The notes under the pieces were generated by a model that was not told where the DNA came from, did not search any database, and saw nothing but the letters and a program-made list of their open reading frames with translations. A stretch of 64,000 nt of DNA from a virus: positions 12,728 through 76,727 of IMG/VR virus record IMGVR_UViG_3300028559_000025. One strand, written 5' to 3'. Positions 40,855 through 50,975 of this stretch are shown piece by piece (position 1 is the stretch's first letter; every line of letters begins with the position of its first letter). The position numbers and the translations under genes were made by a program.

Positions 40855-41142
40855 ATGAAGCAACACTTATGGAAAGACGAAAGTGCTTGCTTTGGTACAG
40901 ATACCAATTTATTCTTTGAAAGATATGAAGATGATGAGCTTATTAGACCAATAATAGACAACCTGTGTCAATCGTGCCCAGTGCAAAAAATATGTTTTGC
41001 TAACGGTGTATCTGGCAAAGAGTGGGGTGTATGGGGTGGTATATACTTAGAGAATGGTGAAATATCAAGAGAGTTTAGTAAGCATAGAACAAAAGAAAAA
41101 TGGGGTGAGATGTGGAAATCTCTAACAATGGAGAAGATGTAA
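40855..41142 (+). CDS. whiB: WhiB-family transcription factor
   Basis: W...AC...FF...CQSCPV...C...GVWGG. Confidence 0.92.
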   Translation: MKQHLWKDESACFGTDTNLFFERYEDDELIRPIIDNLCQSCPVQKICFANGVSGKEWGVWGGIYLENGEISREFSKHRTKEKWGEMWKSLTMEKM

Positions 41143-41414
41143 CCAGCTTTGATTCAATATGTGCCATCCTTGGAGAACTGTGGATGGACTATAAGTCTGA
41201 TAAATACTTTAAAGACTTTATTGAATACAACGATATTGGTCTTCCAATTGCATTTTTAATTGATAATGAACTTGTTGAGCCAACGGTATTGGCAAGACAG
41301 TATGTTTATGAAACATGGGATATTTTTCTTGGAGCACTAGAAGTTAAAGAAGATTTAGGCTGGGAATCATTAGAAGATTTATTTCATTATGTAGATAAGA
41401 AAGATAAGCAGTAA
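41112..41414 (+). CDS. Hypothetical protein (paralog of 53664-53924)
   Basis: Shared IL.E.W...D.G.P.A...VE.T.LA...ED.G pattern. Confidence 0.55.
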   Translation: MEISNNGEDVTSFDSICAILGELWMDYKSDKYFKDFIEYNDIGLPIAFLIDNELVEPTVLARQYVYETWDIFLGALEVKEDLGWESLEDLFHYVDKKDKQ

Positions 41415-41644
41415 TGTATACAGATTCAATGCGTAGAGCTTTTCATGCCGTTCAAGCACCAAAAGGTTTTGGTGTGCAACTTATTGACAACGAGCACTTT
41501 CTTACGATAAAATTAGATGAAAGACACTTTGTAGGATTATCGCATGATGAAAAGATTGCAGCATTACAATATGTTGTTCAACTTAAAAATGCTTTAGAGA
41601 TGGAAGGTGCTATAGTGTTAGTTACAAGAGAGGCTTTAAATTAA
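41414..41644 (+). CDS. Hypothetical protein
   Basis: Coupled ORF. Confidence 0.55.
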   Translation: MYTDSMRRAFHAVQAPKGFGVQLIDNEHFLTIKLDERHFVGLSHDEKIAALQYVVQLKNALEMEGAIVLVTREALN

Positions 41645-42054
41645 TGAATATCCTAGAAGTTACAGTGATTGTTGGCTCTTTGCTTTTTGCTTCCTTGCTT
41701 TCAGTATTAGTTTTATCAATTAAGTTTTTAAGACTAAAGAACGATATTAAAAAGATGGCTACTGCCTATTCTAAAGTTACTCAGCTAATGCTATCTAATG
41801 ATAAGCTAGATAACAATGTGCATCAAGAAAGCTTTATTAAGTTTCTTTCTGATTCTCGTGATTCCGCATTTGATTATATTGAAGAGGTTCAATCAGGTAT
41901 ATCTAAGTTTGTTGAGCAGGTTGATCCAGAAATATCATACTTTAAAGAGTACGGAGACATAATAGCGATGGCACCTAATTACAACTCTATGAATAAAATT
42001 GCTACTGCCTATGAAGATCTTATTAAACTATTACCAAAAGAGGAAGTTGAATGA
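41644..42054 (+). CDS. Membrane-anchored hypothetical protein
   Basis: N-terminal TM; FLSDSRD.AFDYIE motif. Confidence 0.55.
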   Translation: MNILEVTVIVGSLLFASLLSVLVLSIKFLRLKNDIKKMATAYSKVTQLMLSNDKLDNNVHQESFIKFLSDSRDSAFDYIEEVQSGISKFVEQVDPEISYFKEYGDIIAMAPNYNSMNKIATAYEDLIKLLPKEEVE

Positions 42055-42209
42055 AAGACATTATTCTATCAACATTAACAGGTTTTGGATGCGGTGTCGT
42101 GTTCGCAGCATTCAAATTGCCAGTACCAGCACCACCAGTTTTTGCGGGAGTCGCAGGAATTATTGGTCTATGGATTGGCTTTACATTACTAACACGAGTT
42201 ATATCCTAG
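42051..42209 (+). CDS. XapX/DUF1427-like small membrane protein (not in the ORF track)
   Basis: G..FA.FKLPVPAPP..AG..GIIG...G. Confidence 0.75.
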   Translation: MKDIILSTLTGFGCGVVFAAFKLPVPAPPVFAGVAGIIGLWIGFTLLTRVIS

Positions 42210-42219
42210 GAGGAAAACA

Positions 42220-42495
42220 ATGAATACAGAACAACTAAAGGCACTACTGGCATCATATGGTCGCTCAGTACTTGCATCAGGTCTAGCACTCTATATGGCT
42301 GGCGTAACAGATCCAAAGGATCTATGGACAGCACTAGTTGCTGCAATTGCACCAGTAGCAATCAGAGCAATCAACCCTAATGACAAGGCGTTTGGCGTAT
42401 TGCCAGATGCTAAGGAAGTAGAGAAGGCTCTAAAGACTGCTAAGGCACCTGTAAAGAAGGCAGCAGCTAAGAAGGCTGCTCCAAAGGCTAAGTAA
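42220..42495 (+). CDS. Putative holin with Lys/Ala-rich tail
   Basis: Two hydrophobic segments, NP.D.AFG motif and a basic C-terminus. Confidence 0.5.
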   Translation: MNTEQLKALLASYGRSVLASGLALYMAGVTDPKDLWTALVAAIAPVAIRAINPNDKAFGVLPDAKEVEKALKTAKAPVKKAAAKKAAPKAK

Positions 42496-42510
42496 ATAGT
42501 AAAAATAGTT

Positions 42511-42540
42511 AGGGCCAGTCCATTTGGGCTGGCTCTTTCT
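42511..42540 (+). terminator. Rho-independent terminator
   Basis: AGGGCCAGTCC-ATTT-GGGCTGGCTCT followed by TTCT. Confidence 0.7.
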
Positions 42541-42558
42541 ATGCTATGATAGGATTAT

Positions 42559-43245
42559 ATGTCAAATACAGCTTTAATTATGTGCACTTATATAAGGTTT
42601 GAAAACCTTAAAAAAACTTTGGGTTGCATAGAAAGACAAACCAATAAAGATTTTGATTTTTATATTGTTGATAACTCTAATAGACATGAAAAGTTGTTGG
42701 GGTACCTTGATAAATTTGGCAAAGGTATTGATATAACTGTACACAACTATCATAATGAATTTAAACAGTTCGCTAGATTCTTATTGGCAAGAGATCTTGC
42801 TGAGCAAGGATATGAAAAAATTATATTTATTGATGATGATGAAATTATTCCAGACACATTTATACAGGAATGCCACGAACAATATGAAGAAGGCTCTATA
42901 AAATCTTTTTGGGCACATATGGTTGAAGAAAGATATAACAGAAAAATAAAATTAGAAAAAAATGAAATAGGTAACTACGCTGGAACAGGTGGACTTATAT
43001 GTAGCTCTAAGCTATTTTTAAATGACGACTTTTTTGATTGCCCTGAAGAATATTGGATCATTGATGATCTTTGGTTATCTTATTATGTATTAAGTTTTAC
43101 AGACTATAAGATTAAAGAACTTAAAACAAATATTCAATTTATAAAAGATATGAAGGCAACATTCATGACATTAGGAAACTTAAAACAAAAATTTTCAAAT
43201 GATTTTATTATCCCAGTATCTAAAAAGCTTGATTTAAAGCTGTAG
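42559..43245 (+). CDS. GT-A (GT2-like) glycosyltransferase
   Basis: IMCTY.R, IVDNS, IFIDDD and DDLWLS motifs. Confidence 0.8.
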   Translation: MSNTALIMCTYIRFENLKKTLGCIERQTNKDFDFYIVDNSNRHEKLLGYLDKFGKGIDITVHNYHNEFKQFARFLLARDLAEQGYEKIIFIDDDEIIPDTFIQECHEQYEEGSIKSFWAHMVEERYNRKIKLEKNEIGNYAGTGGLICSSKLFLNDDFFDCPEEYWIIDDLWLSYYVLSFTDYKIKELKTNIQFIKDMKATFMTLGNLKQKFSNDFIIPVSKKLDLKL

Positions 43246-44268
43246 CAATTCTCTATATCCTGCTATTAAACTATTGGCTGAAAAGTTTGTTAATCCTATT
43301 TGATATGCCTGATCCTTATAAATACTCATATCACTTTCATAATAATTATCAACTATTTTAGCTAACATTTTAGCATCTCCCCCATAAACATCAAGCATTA
43401 TACGAGTCATTAGCCTATCAATCTTTTTAGAGTCTGTAAGCCATTCCTGCGGAAGTATCTTGTTGTTAGGGGATATATTGGTCATAAAAACGGGTAGAGC
43501 GCTCATTAGAGCCTCGTTCATAGGTAGACATAGGCCTGCATACCGCCTTGGCATTACCATAGCGTCATAGCCTTCGTAGAGGCTTTCTCTGGTATCTGGA
43601 CTAGAGGTATCAATGACCAGTCTTGGATCATCACATTCTGTATCTAGGGGGGTTTGACTCTTGATTACAAGTTGATAATCACTCTTAGAATACTTAAGCA
43701 TTTCAATTACCGTACTTGTGCCGTTTCTATCTTTTACAGCAGCCTTGCCACCAATGTGTAATATTTTTTTGTGAGTCTTGCTTGTATTAATATTTTTTGC
43801 ACCAGCAAATAAATCTATGCTTGTTGGAGGTGGAAGATAAACTACTTTGGTTTTGTCACCAAACTTTTCAACAACATCGGTAAAGTTCCATAGGCTTGGA
43901 GCAACTAAAATGTCTGGTAGTTGAAGGTCTGGGTTGGCTAAATAGTCCAAGAATTCATAGTTGTATTGAAGAACAGTTTTAACTTTTCTTTTCTTTGCTA
44001 TAGAAATAAATGAGTTGTTGTAGAATATTTCACAACTAAGTACTACATCTAGTCCGTCTATGAACTCATATACCTCTTCTTTAGAGGCCATTCCTCGTTT
44101 AGTAGTCAAGCAATTGTACCCTTGATACCATTCTGGATGCTGCGTGTTGTCATTAAATTGCGAGGAATCAATAAGAAGAACCTTATCAGGATTAAGCATT
44201 TTAACAAGCTCTTTAGTCTGATTACCTAGTCCAGTGTTGTCAGACCTTGCAATGATTCCTAATCTCAT
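43234..44268 (-). CDS. GT-B (GT4-like) glycosyltransferase
   Basis: D..VMP...AGLCLPMNEALMSALPV motif. Confidence 0.8.
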   Translation of the reverse strand: MRLGIIARSDNTGLGNQTKELVKMLNPDKVLLIDSSQFNDNTQHPEWYQGYNCLTTKRGMASKEEVYEFIDGLDVVLSCEIFYNNSFISIAKKRKVKTVLQYNYEFLDYLANPDLQLPDILVAPSLWNFTDVVEKFGDKTKVVYLPPPTSIDLFAGAKNINTSKTHKKILHIGGKAAVKDRNGTSTVIEMLKYSKSDYQLVIKSQTPLDTECDDPRLVIDTSSPDTRESLYEGYDAMVMPRRYAGLCLPMNEALMSALPVFMTNISPNNKILPQEWLTDSKKIDRLMTRIMLDVYGGDAKMLAKIVDNYYESDMSIYKDQAYQIGLTNFSANSLIAGYRELLQL

Positions 44269-44930
44269 AAATCCATTTCTTTATATAATTGTTTTAGTCC
44301 TCTTAATGTTCCGATATCCATATACTTTCCACCAGGTTTTACCGCTGATATATTAGCACCATCAGATATCCAATCTTTTAATTGTTTACCAGGATGATCC
44401 AGGGTTGGATCTAAATATCTAATCATGTTTTTTCTAAACATCATGGTTCCCCACATATCTGGGTAATTACAATCTTCTACTTTGTCTTCAGACTTAATTA
44501 CTTTATCTCCAGATAACAATACCTGCCCTACACGACCTTTTAACTCATCACCACATTCCCAAACACCCAAAACTATATCAGCATTGGTTTCTTTAATCAT
44601 TTCTTTATAAATGTTTACAGGTGCATTTAATATATAAGTATCTGGCATTCCAACAAGCACGGTATCGTTATATTCACCAATCATAAACTTTACTGCATCA
44701 GACATTGTTGATGGCTCACGAATAATCAGCTTAATGTTCATGTCCATATTTTGTATAATATTTACCCACTCAGGTCTAGTTGATACACGAACCTCATCAC
44801 ATACTTCTAGCATTTGTTCTACATGCCACTGAAGCAAACATCTTTCATCAGAAATAGGTAGGCAAAACTTTGGTATTCCTCCAATTCTGGAGGCCTTTCC
44901 AGATGCTGGTAAAACTCCTATTGTTTGCAT
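44265..44930 (-). CDS. Sugar-phosphate nucleotidyltransferase
   Basis: LPASGKASR.GG.PK.LP, GMPDT and YMDIGT motifs. Confidence 0.85.
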   Translation of the reverse strand: MQTIGVLPASGKASRIGGIPKFCLPISDERCLLQWHVEQMLEVCDEVRVSTRPEWVNIIQNMDMNIKLIIREPSTMSDAVKFMIGEYNDTVLVGMPDTYILNAPVNIYKEMIKETNADIVLGVWECGDELKGRVGQVLLSGDKVIKSEDKVEDCNYPDMWGTMMFRKNMIRYLDPTLDHPGKQLKDWISDGANISAVKPGGKYMDIGTLRGLKQLYKEMDL

Positions 44931-45724
44931 TATTTTAACCCATAGTTTTTCTTTAATGTCGCTATATCATTTACTGGCCAATAGTCTAAAGATTTTGTAG
45001 GATCGTTAAATGGATATTTATATTCTCCCCAACCTTCTCTTGTTCTATCTCCGCCCCATTTAGCCTTAAAGTAATCATGAAGAGGTTCAATGTTAATTCT
45101 TAGTCCGTCTATTGTTGCACCGCCGTCTATTTGACATGATACATCAACTTCTGCAGCAGGTGCGTTTATTCTCATTACATAACTTATAGGTGTATTAGAA
45201 TGTACAAACTGACTACGCCAAGAAACTGCAACATCCGAATCAGGGTTTATTATAACTTGTTCTTCAAGTATTCTGCACCTTTGATCCCAGTCACAGTCAT
45301 CAAAATTATATGGATAAAAATTTTCATCAAAATATCCAATTGCTGAAACTAATTTTTTATTGATTCCACAAAGATGCCACCCATGCTGTGTTCTAAACAT
45401 TAAACCATTGAAGTCTTTAAGCATATCAATGATATGTGAAAAAGGCTGATTAAACAACATTGAAGATGAAACAACAAATGTCCAATCATGATTCTTTTTT
45501 AATGCTACATTCCATGCTCTTGCTAACCCAATGTTCTCTGACTGATACTCTACCTGAAATCCATACTTTTTTTCAAATACTTCACACTCTCTGTTTCCAC
45601 TATTATCTATAAGTAAAACATTTTTATCTCTTATAGATTCCATACATTTATATATTCTTTCTGTTACTCTATAAACAGGGATACAAATTAGATAATCAAT
45701 CTCAGTATCTGTTTGCATAAACAT
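44930..45724 (-). CDS. GT2-family glycosyltransferase
   Basis: ICIPVY, LIDNS, NIGLARAWN and IGYFDENFYP..FDD.D motifs. Confidence 0.82.
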   Translation of the reverse strand: MFMQTDTEIDYLICIPVYRVTERIYKCMESIRDKNVLLIDNSGNRECEVFEKKYGFQVEYQSENIGLARAWNVALKKNHDWTFVVSSSMLFNQPFSHIIDMLKDFNGLMFRTQHGWHLCGINKKLVSAIGYFDENFYPYNFDDCDWDQRCRILEEQVIINPDSDVAVSWRSQFVHSNTPISYVMRINAPAAEVDVSCQIDGGATIDGLRINIEPLHDYFKAKWGGDRTREGWGEYKYPFNDPTKSLDYWPVNDIATLKKNYGLK

Positions 45725-46400
45725 ATCCTCCTCTTTCGGGACTACCTAAAATTTCAATGCCAAACTGTTTTGAAAGCTTTTCAATCATGATGCCAAACCT
45801 TCCGTCAAAAGATTTATCAAACTCAAGTGTTAAATATCTAATCTTTGAAAGTATTTCTGGGGGGGTATTAATTATAAGATCAAATTCAGCACCTTCAATA
45901 TCAATCTTCATAACATCTATCTCATCAATACCGTAACGTTCAACAAGGTCTTGAATTGTAATTGCTAAAACCTCAACAGATTCAGTTAATCCTCCATCAA
46001 CAATGCTGCTATTACCACCTCTATTTGTAATAAAAACATTTTTTTGTTCATACCAAATAGCATTATTGACTACTGTAATATTTTCAGTTGGATTATTTTT
46101 AATATTTTCTTTTAACAAGAAGAAATTGTGTGGCTCAGGTTCAATTGAATAAACTTTTATCTTGTTTGCATCTTCTCTAAACTTATTAAAGCTATCTACA
46201 TACAGACTAACAGACCCAATGTTTGCACCAATATCAATAAATACTGCATTTTCTTTAAACTGATATTCATGTAGTCTATAAACATTTTCATTCCATGTTT
46301 CATCAACTACTTTATAGTCTAAATTATGATCATCACTTGGATCATCTAGCAACTCTCTAATTTTAAAGGAGTAGTTTGTATCTATAGTATTGTAATTCAT
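45702..46400 (-). CDS. FkbM-family methyltransferase
   Basis: IDIGANIG, IEP and KIDIEGAE motifs. Confidence 0.9.
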   Translation of the reverse strand: MNYNTIDTNYSFKIRELLDDPSDDHNLDYKVVDETWNENVYRLHEYQFKENAVFIDIGANIGSVSLYVDSFNKFREDANKIKVYSIEPEPHNFFLLKENIKNNPTENITVVNNAIWYEQKNVFITNRGGNSSIVDGGLTESVEVLAITIQDLVERYGIDEIDVMKIDIEGAEFDLIINTPPEILSKIRYLTLEFDKSFDGRFGIMIEKLSKQFGIEILGSPERGGYVYANRY

Positions 46401-47338
46401 AGTCCCAGCTCTTCAAGTATATGCTTCCATCTATGTTTGTAGGTATAGTTATTCTTCACTAACTCATGCCCTGCAATTCTTATTTGCTCACGTTCTTCTT
46501 CATGTTCTACATAATAGTCAATTAATTCCTTCAGTTGTTCAAAATTTCCATACTCATAAAAAACTAAATGCTTTCTATCTTCAAATTCTTTTTCCATCCC
46601 TTGAACATATGGATGTATAAGAAAACCACCACGACCAAGAGTTTCATAAACACGATCAGACCAATAGTCAGGGTAGTTAAAGTTTAGACATAACGTATCT
46701 CCAACAACTACCTTAGTAGTCCAGTATATTTTATTTAAAGAAATTCCACGAACACTTTTGATACCACCGCTACCATAGTGCTCAAATCTATTTTTGTATG
46801 TATCTTCAAGCCATTCAACTAACTTTGTTCTATATTGCCACTCTGGATGATATTTTTTACTACCAACAAACAACACCTTACGATTAGTTATGCTTGGCCT
46901 ATAAATACATTCTTCTCCAAATACTCCTGCAGGAAGATAGTGACCCTTAACGTTGGTCTTTTCATTAAACCATTGAGCCATTTGGCTATCAACGGTAAAG
47001 AAGTGATCAATTAATTTGTATACAGGAAATGATTCAAGGTCTTTCTGTCTTTGAAGGCCAAACCATAAGTCAAGGTGGTATGTCATACTTGGGATAGATA
47101 ACGTTTTTAATCTTTCAAGTAGCTTTTCCATAGTTATTTTTCCTGAAGTCTGCCAACCATGTGTATGTATCCAAATAAAAAGATCACTATTTACACAAGC
47201 AGCCAAGATATCTTCTGACCTAGCGTCAGACTCTTGCATCCTAACAACTTTATGTCCAAGTGCCTCTAAAGACTTGGCATGGTGAGATTCGCTGGTATAG
47301 TCAACACGAAAGTTACCTAAAAAAACTATATTAGCCAA
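46397..47338 (-). CDS. CgeB-like (GT-B) glycosyltransferase
   Basis: YWSDRVYETLGRGGFL...EEREQIRIAG.ELV...YTY..R. Confidence 0.82.
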   Translation of the reverse strand: MANIVFLGNFRVDYTSESHHAKSLEALGHKVVRMQESDARSEDILAACVNSDLFIWIHTHGWQTSGKITMEKLLERLKTLSIPSMTYHLDLWFGLQRQKDLESFPVYKLIDHFFTVDSQMAQWFNEKTNVKGHYLPAGVFGEECIYRPSITNRKVLFVGSKKYHPEWQYRTKLVEWLEDTYKNRFEHYGSGGIKSVRGISLNKIYWTTKVVVGDTLCLNFNYPDYWSDRVYETLGRGGFLIHPYVQGMEKEFEDRKHLVFYEYGNFEQLKELIDYYVEHEEEREQIRIAGHELVKNNYTYKHRWKHILEELGL

Positions 47339-47374
47339 GACTACCCCTTTGTTTTAACCATTATACCAGAATAG

Positions 47375-47446
47375 CACCCCTGATTGGATTTGAACCAACG
47401 ACCTGCGGATTAGAAGTCCGTCGCTCTTCCGCTGAGCTACAGGGGT
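47375..47446 (-). tRNA. tRNA-Arg(UCU)
   Basis: Acceptor ACCCCTG/CAGGGGT, anticodon loop CTTCTAA, T-loop TTCAAAT. Confidence 0.88.
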
Positions 47447-47447
47447 A

Positions 47448-47524
47448 TGGTAGAGCAGGTGAGAATTGAACTCACGATCTTCAGTATATAAGACTGGTGC
47501 CTTTACCAACTTGGCTACTGGTGT
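47448..47524 (-). tRNA. tRNA-Ile(UAU) with a defective acceptor stem
   Basis: Good D, anticodon (CTTATAT) and T arms plus CCA, but acceptor ACACCAG/CTGCTCT has two C-C mismatches. Confidence 0.65.
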
Positions 47525-47528
47525 TTAG

Positions 47529-47603
47529 TAGGGCAAGTGGGACTTGAACCCACACCTTCCAATTTATGAGATTGAAGCTACTAACCAATTAAGCTATTGC
47601 CCC
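47529..47603 (-). tRNA. tRNA with CAU anticodon (Met or Ile2)
   Basis: Acceptor GGGGCAA/TTGCCCT, anticodon loop CTCATAA, T-loop TTCAAGT. Confidence 0.85.
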
Positions 47604-47701
47604 AATGACGTTATTCTTTATTCTGATTAACTCCAACAGTCATTACTAGGTATGAAACTAGATACCCAGAAAAAAATGATACTGCAGTTAAAACAATTAG
47701 C

Positions 47702-47932
47702 TTAAGCATTTGCCACTCCTTCCTTTTCATCTTTCTTCCAATGTATATAAGACTTAATATAAACTGCTGCATATGCTATTGCCATAGCTATGAAGCCATA
47801 CTGATCTGTAGCAAGTGCATAAGCAATCCATAAGCACTCATTAACACAAAGTATTAGCCAACCCCAAATAGTCTTACGACCTACCAAAAATATACCAGTT
47901 ACACCAATTGCTGCTAATATCCAAGACCACAT
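47702..47932 (-). CDS. PnuC/SemiSWEET-like small membrane protein
   Basis: WSW.L..IG..G..L...K..WGW......LW..YA....QYG. Confidence 0.55.
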   Translation of the reverse strand: MWSWILAAIGVTGIFLVGRKTIWGWLILCVNECLWIAYALATDQYGFIAMAIAYAAVYIKSYIHWKKDEKEGVANA

Positions 47933-48050
47933 TTATTTAGTAGCTGGCATGATTTTGTCACATGGACAAATTATTGATTCTGCCAAATCGCCTTTTGTTT
48001 TAATAGTAATTGTTGTTCCACACTCTTTATCCTCACATACATATGTACGT

Positions 48051-48287
48051 TTATTCATTGCCATGATGTAACCTTTCGTTTTGTCCTCTTGCAATTGCAG
48101 CACATACCTTAAAAGCTGCCTTTGTCCTACGACTTTTCATAAAGCCTAACCTCTGCCATACTGGAACAGTAGCCTCAATATCAAGTGCAATCTGTTCCCT
48201 AATCTCTTTTACCGTTGTGATGATTAAATCCATCACGTATGCTTTTTGATCATCATCAAGATCTTTAGTCCACCCAGTTGTTTCCAT
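48051..48287 (-). CDS. Hypothetical protein
   Basis: ORF with an upstream TGATATGAT -10 element. Confidence 0.5.
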   Translation of the reverse strand: METTGWTKDLDDDQKAYVMDLIITTVKEIREQIALDIEATVPVWQRLGFMKSRRTKAAFKVCAAIARGQNERLHHGNE

Positions 48288-48340
48288 GGATCAATCATAT
48301 CAGAAAATCAGCGGTATTGCAACTATGGTATGATTAGTAT

Positions 48341-48505
48341 ATGTATGAATGCGATCATCACCTAATACCTATAGTATATGGCTACATGCATGGAGACGTA
48401 ATTGATAAAATAAACAATTATGAAATAATATACGGTGGAATAAAGAGATCTAGTGATTCAGCAGACTGGTTCTGCACTAGATGTCTTGAAGATGTTTATA
48501 TTTAA
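48341..48505 (+). CDS. Small Cys protein, leaderless (not in the ORF track)
   Basis: IPIVYGY...YGG...WFCTRC; TATGAT lies 6 nt before the ATG. Confidence 0.55.
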   Translation: MYECDHHLIPIVYGYMHGDVIDKINNYEIIYGGIKRSSDSADWFCTRCLEDVYI

Positions 48506-48510
48506 TTAAA

Positions 48511-49176
48511 TTAATCAACTGCTAAAAAACTTAATTTATCTGAAAATAATTTCCAGATCTTTTCCATATGCTCAGGTTTTAATCCGTCTACTGGATGTGG
48601 AGCATCTGTATGTGTCATAGATGGAGTTAGCTCAGGTACACCAAGAGCATCTAGGATATCCTGCTGAGTAATTACTATTTCAAATCTCGCTTCTTTTGCA
48701 TACTTATGTAGTGCAGCTAGAAACTCACGATTCTGATCAATTCTCTGCTCATGCGTGTAGTATGGACTAATTCCTTCATGCTTTAGCAACATCTCAGTAA
48801 ATTGAGGTAATGGCTCTATCACTACAACACTAGAATTTATAAAGTTATTATTTATATTGTCAATAAATTTCTTTACTGTCTCATCTGCATTCTTGTACCT
48901 AGGTAAAAATGTTCTAGTGTCTACATATCCAAGCCATAAAACCAAAACTCCATCATCTTTAATAACTGAAAATGGTTGTGGCATATGGTTAACAGTTCTA
49001 GCAATTTCTACTCCAGAAGACATTTCATCTTCTTCACGCATTTGCTCAACACTAAATCCATGCATTTTCTTAGCAGCTTTAGACCAAGGAATAAAAACTA
49101 CATCATGTTTTTCTGGATAATAATGCTCTATTGCTCTAGATAAATGGCAATCACCAATCATATAAATTTTTTTCAT
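48511..49176 (-). CDS. SGNH-hydrolase-like protein
   Basis: IGDCH block I variant, LGYVD, late D..H/DGL segment. Catalytic Ser replaced by Cys. Confidence 0.45.
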   Translation of the reverse strand: MKKIYMIGDCHLSRAIEHYYPEKHDVVFIPWSKAAKKMHGFSVEQMREEDEMSSGVEIARTVNHMPQPFSVIKDDGVLVLWLGYVDTRTFLPRYKNADETVKKFIDNINNNFINSSVVVIEPLPQFTEMLLKHEGISPYYTHEQRIDQNREFLAALHKYAKEARFEIVITQQDILDALGVPELTPSMTHTDAPHPVDGLKPEHMEKIWKLFSDKLSFLAVD

Positions 49177-49806
49177 TACTCAAAATCTACCTGCGTTTCA
49201 AACTTTTTAGCCCATTCTGTCATATAGTTATCTTCTCCCCTTGCAATATTAGCAGCAGCAATACGCATACCCAAAGCATTTGTTACTCCTGGAACAATTG
49301 GAATAGCCTCTATCTCTGCTGCAATTTCTATTCTTAGCATCATTTCATCCATACTCATTTTATTCCTCCATGTTTAATTCGTAATAGGTTCCCCACCAAT
49401 GATAGGGCTTGTACAAAAAGGTTGACATATATGCGTGGTACCTACAAGCAAGACCAAGATCATCATGATCTCTATAATGTAAAAACATATTTAGGTGATA
49501 GTGAGCATATTTTTCACAAAAATTACCCATCCATCTAAGTGGAAGTATCCTAGTCTTCTCTATCTTCTTTGATCTGCTGAGGAATCCATCGTAATCTTCC
49601 ATCTACATATACCCTTTCATATCCTAAAGCTTTCCAGTCCATCTTCATAATACTTGGCTCTTTAATTTTGATCCACCTTGTATGTCATAACAAAATAGCA
49701 TGTCACATAGCCAATAAAAAATGCTGTAATAAGAAATAATATGTTTATCATATATATCAGTATATCACTTACCAGTAAATAAGTCAAGATAAGGTATAAT
49801 GAATAT

Positions 49807-50382
49807 ATGAAAAATAATAATTATTTAGATTTTTTATACCATAAAATTCCAGACTTAACAATGCTTACTTATCCTAGATCTGGCAAACATTGGTTATATT
49901 GGAACATATTAACAAATACAGACCTAAAAGTAAACTTTTTTCACGCAATAGGTAAAGAATATTATAAAAATAATCTTTGTGTCCCAATAATAACAGTAGT
50001 CAGAAGCCCAGAAGAATGCTTAGCTTCTATAAATACAATGGAACAAAATACAAAAATTGATAACAGACTAAATGAGTATATAAATCATTATGAATTTATT
50101 CTAGAGCATGCAGATTTATTTTTTGCATATGAAGACTTAAAGGAAAAAACTCCACAGATAATAGAAGCTATATGTAATAGGTTTGGTGGTACGGTATTAG
50201 GGTCAAACCATAACTTTCAAGAATATGAAAGATGGTATAAAGAAACACAGAACCCAATTAAACTTATAACATCAAAAGAGTCTGTTTTGTATCAAGATGT
50301 ACTTAAACAAACTAAATCTCTTGATTTATCTAAACACAAAAAATTGTATTTTGCTGCAAAAAGCAAAGCAATCAATCTTTAA
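49807..50382 (+). CDS. Sulfotransferase-like protein
   Basis: 5'-PSB TYPRSGKHWL, 3'-PB VRSP..CLAS and YEDL motifs. Confidence 0.7.
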   Translation: MKNNNYLDFLYHKIPDLTMLTYPRSGKHWLYWNILTNTDLKVNFFHAIGKEYYKNNLCVPIITVVRSPEECLASINTMEQNTKIDNRLNEYINHYEFILEHADLFFAYEDLKEKTPQIIEAICNRFGGTVLGSNHNFQEYERWYKETQNPIKLITSKESVLYQDVLKQTKSLDLSKHKKLYFAAKSKAINL

Positions 50383-50672
50383 TTTTATCTTTAATGCACC
50401 ATATGTGTTTATCTGACATAGTTTGATGAGTATCCCAGTATTCAATGTTTTCTTTGTCCATACCGCAGGCTTTACAGTTCATACATACATAATACCTTAT
50501 TTAGAAAATAAAGTCAAACATGGATTATGATACAAGGCCCATTGATAGATGATTTAAGCACACATCTGCAACCACATATTCGTGGTGATTTACTACAACA
50601 TCGTAATGTGTTGCATCTTTATCGCAGAAGAAGCACTTATCTTTTTTCATACACTTATTGTATCATGCCAAG

Positions 50673-50864
50673 CTATAGGCTATAAGTCTTCAAAGCGCCA
50701 TTTGCTGCAATCTCAGCCTCTTCCTCTGTATGGCAATATCCATATCTTACAACCTTCAACCCATCATATAGGGTCCACTTCCAAGGGATAGATGGCATGT
50801 AGAATCCAACACGTTTTTTTTCTACATACTCCTCAACGACTACTTTCAACATATCTCCAAGCAT
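50673..50864 (-). CDS. Hypothetical protein (paralog of 51634-51867)
   Basis: Shared EEYV...IPWKW.LY.GL...YGY.HTE..A...AN.A. Confidence 0.55.
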   Translation of the reverse strand: MLGDMLKVVVEEYVEKKRVGFYMPSIPWKWTLYDGLKVVRYGYCHTEEEAEIAANGALKTYSL

Positions 50865-50975
50865 CGCCTGTTAATGGATCAATATGCCATCCAAACTCTT
50901 CCTGAAACTTTTCATTTCTTTCAATCATATTCATGTATTTATTGTAGCAAATTTGTGGGGATAAGTCAAATATAT

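Noticed and set aside
41999-42223. ORF-track 74-aa call
   Set aside because: The overlapping frame 42051-42209 encodes a recognisable XapX-like membrane protein and is the better call.
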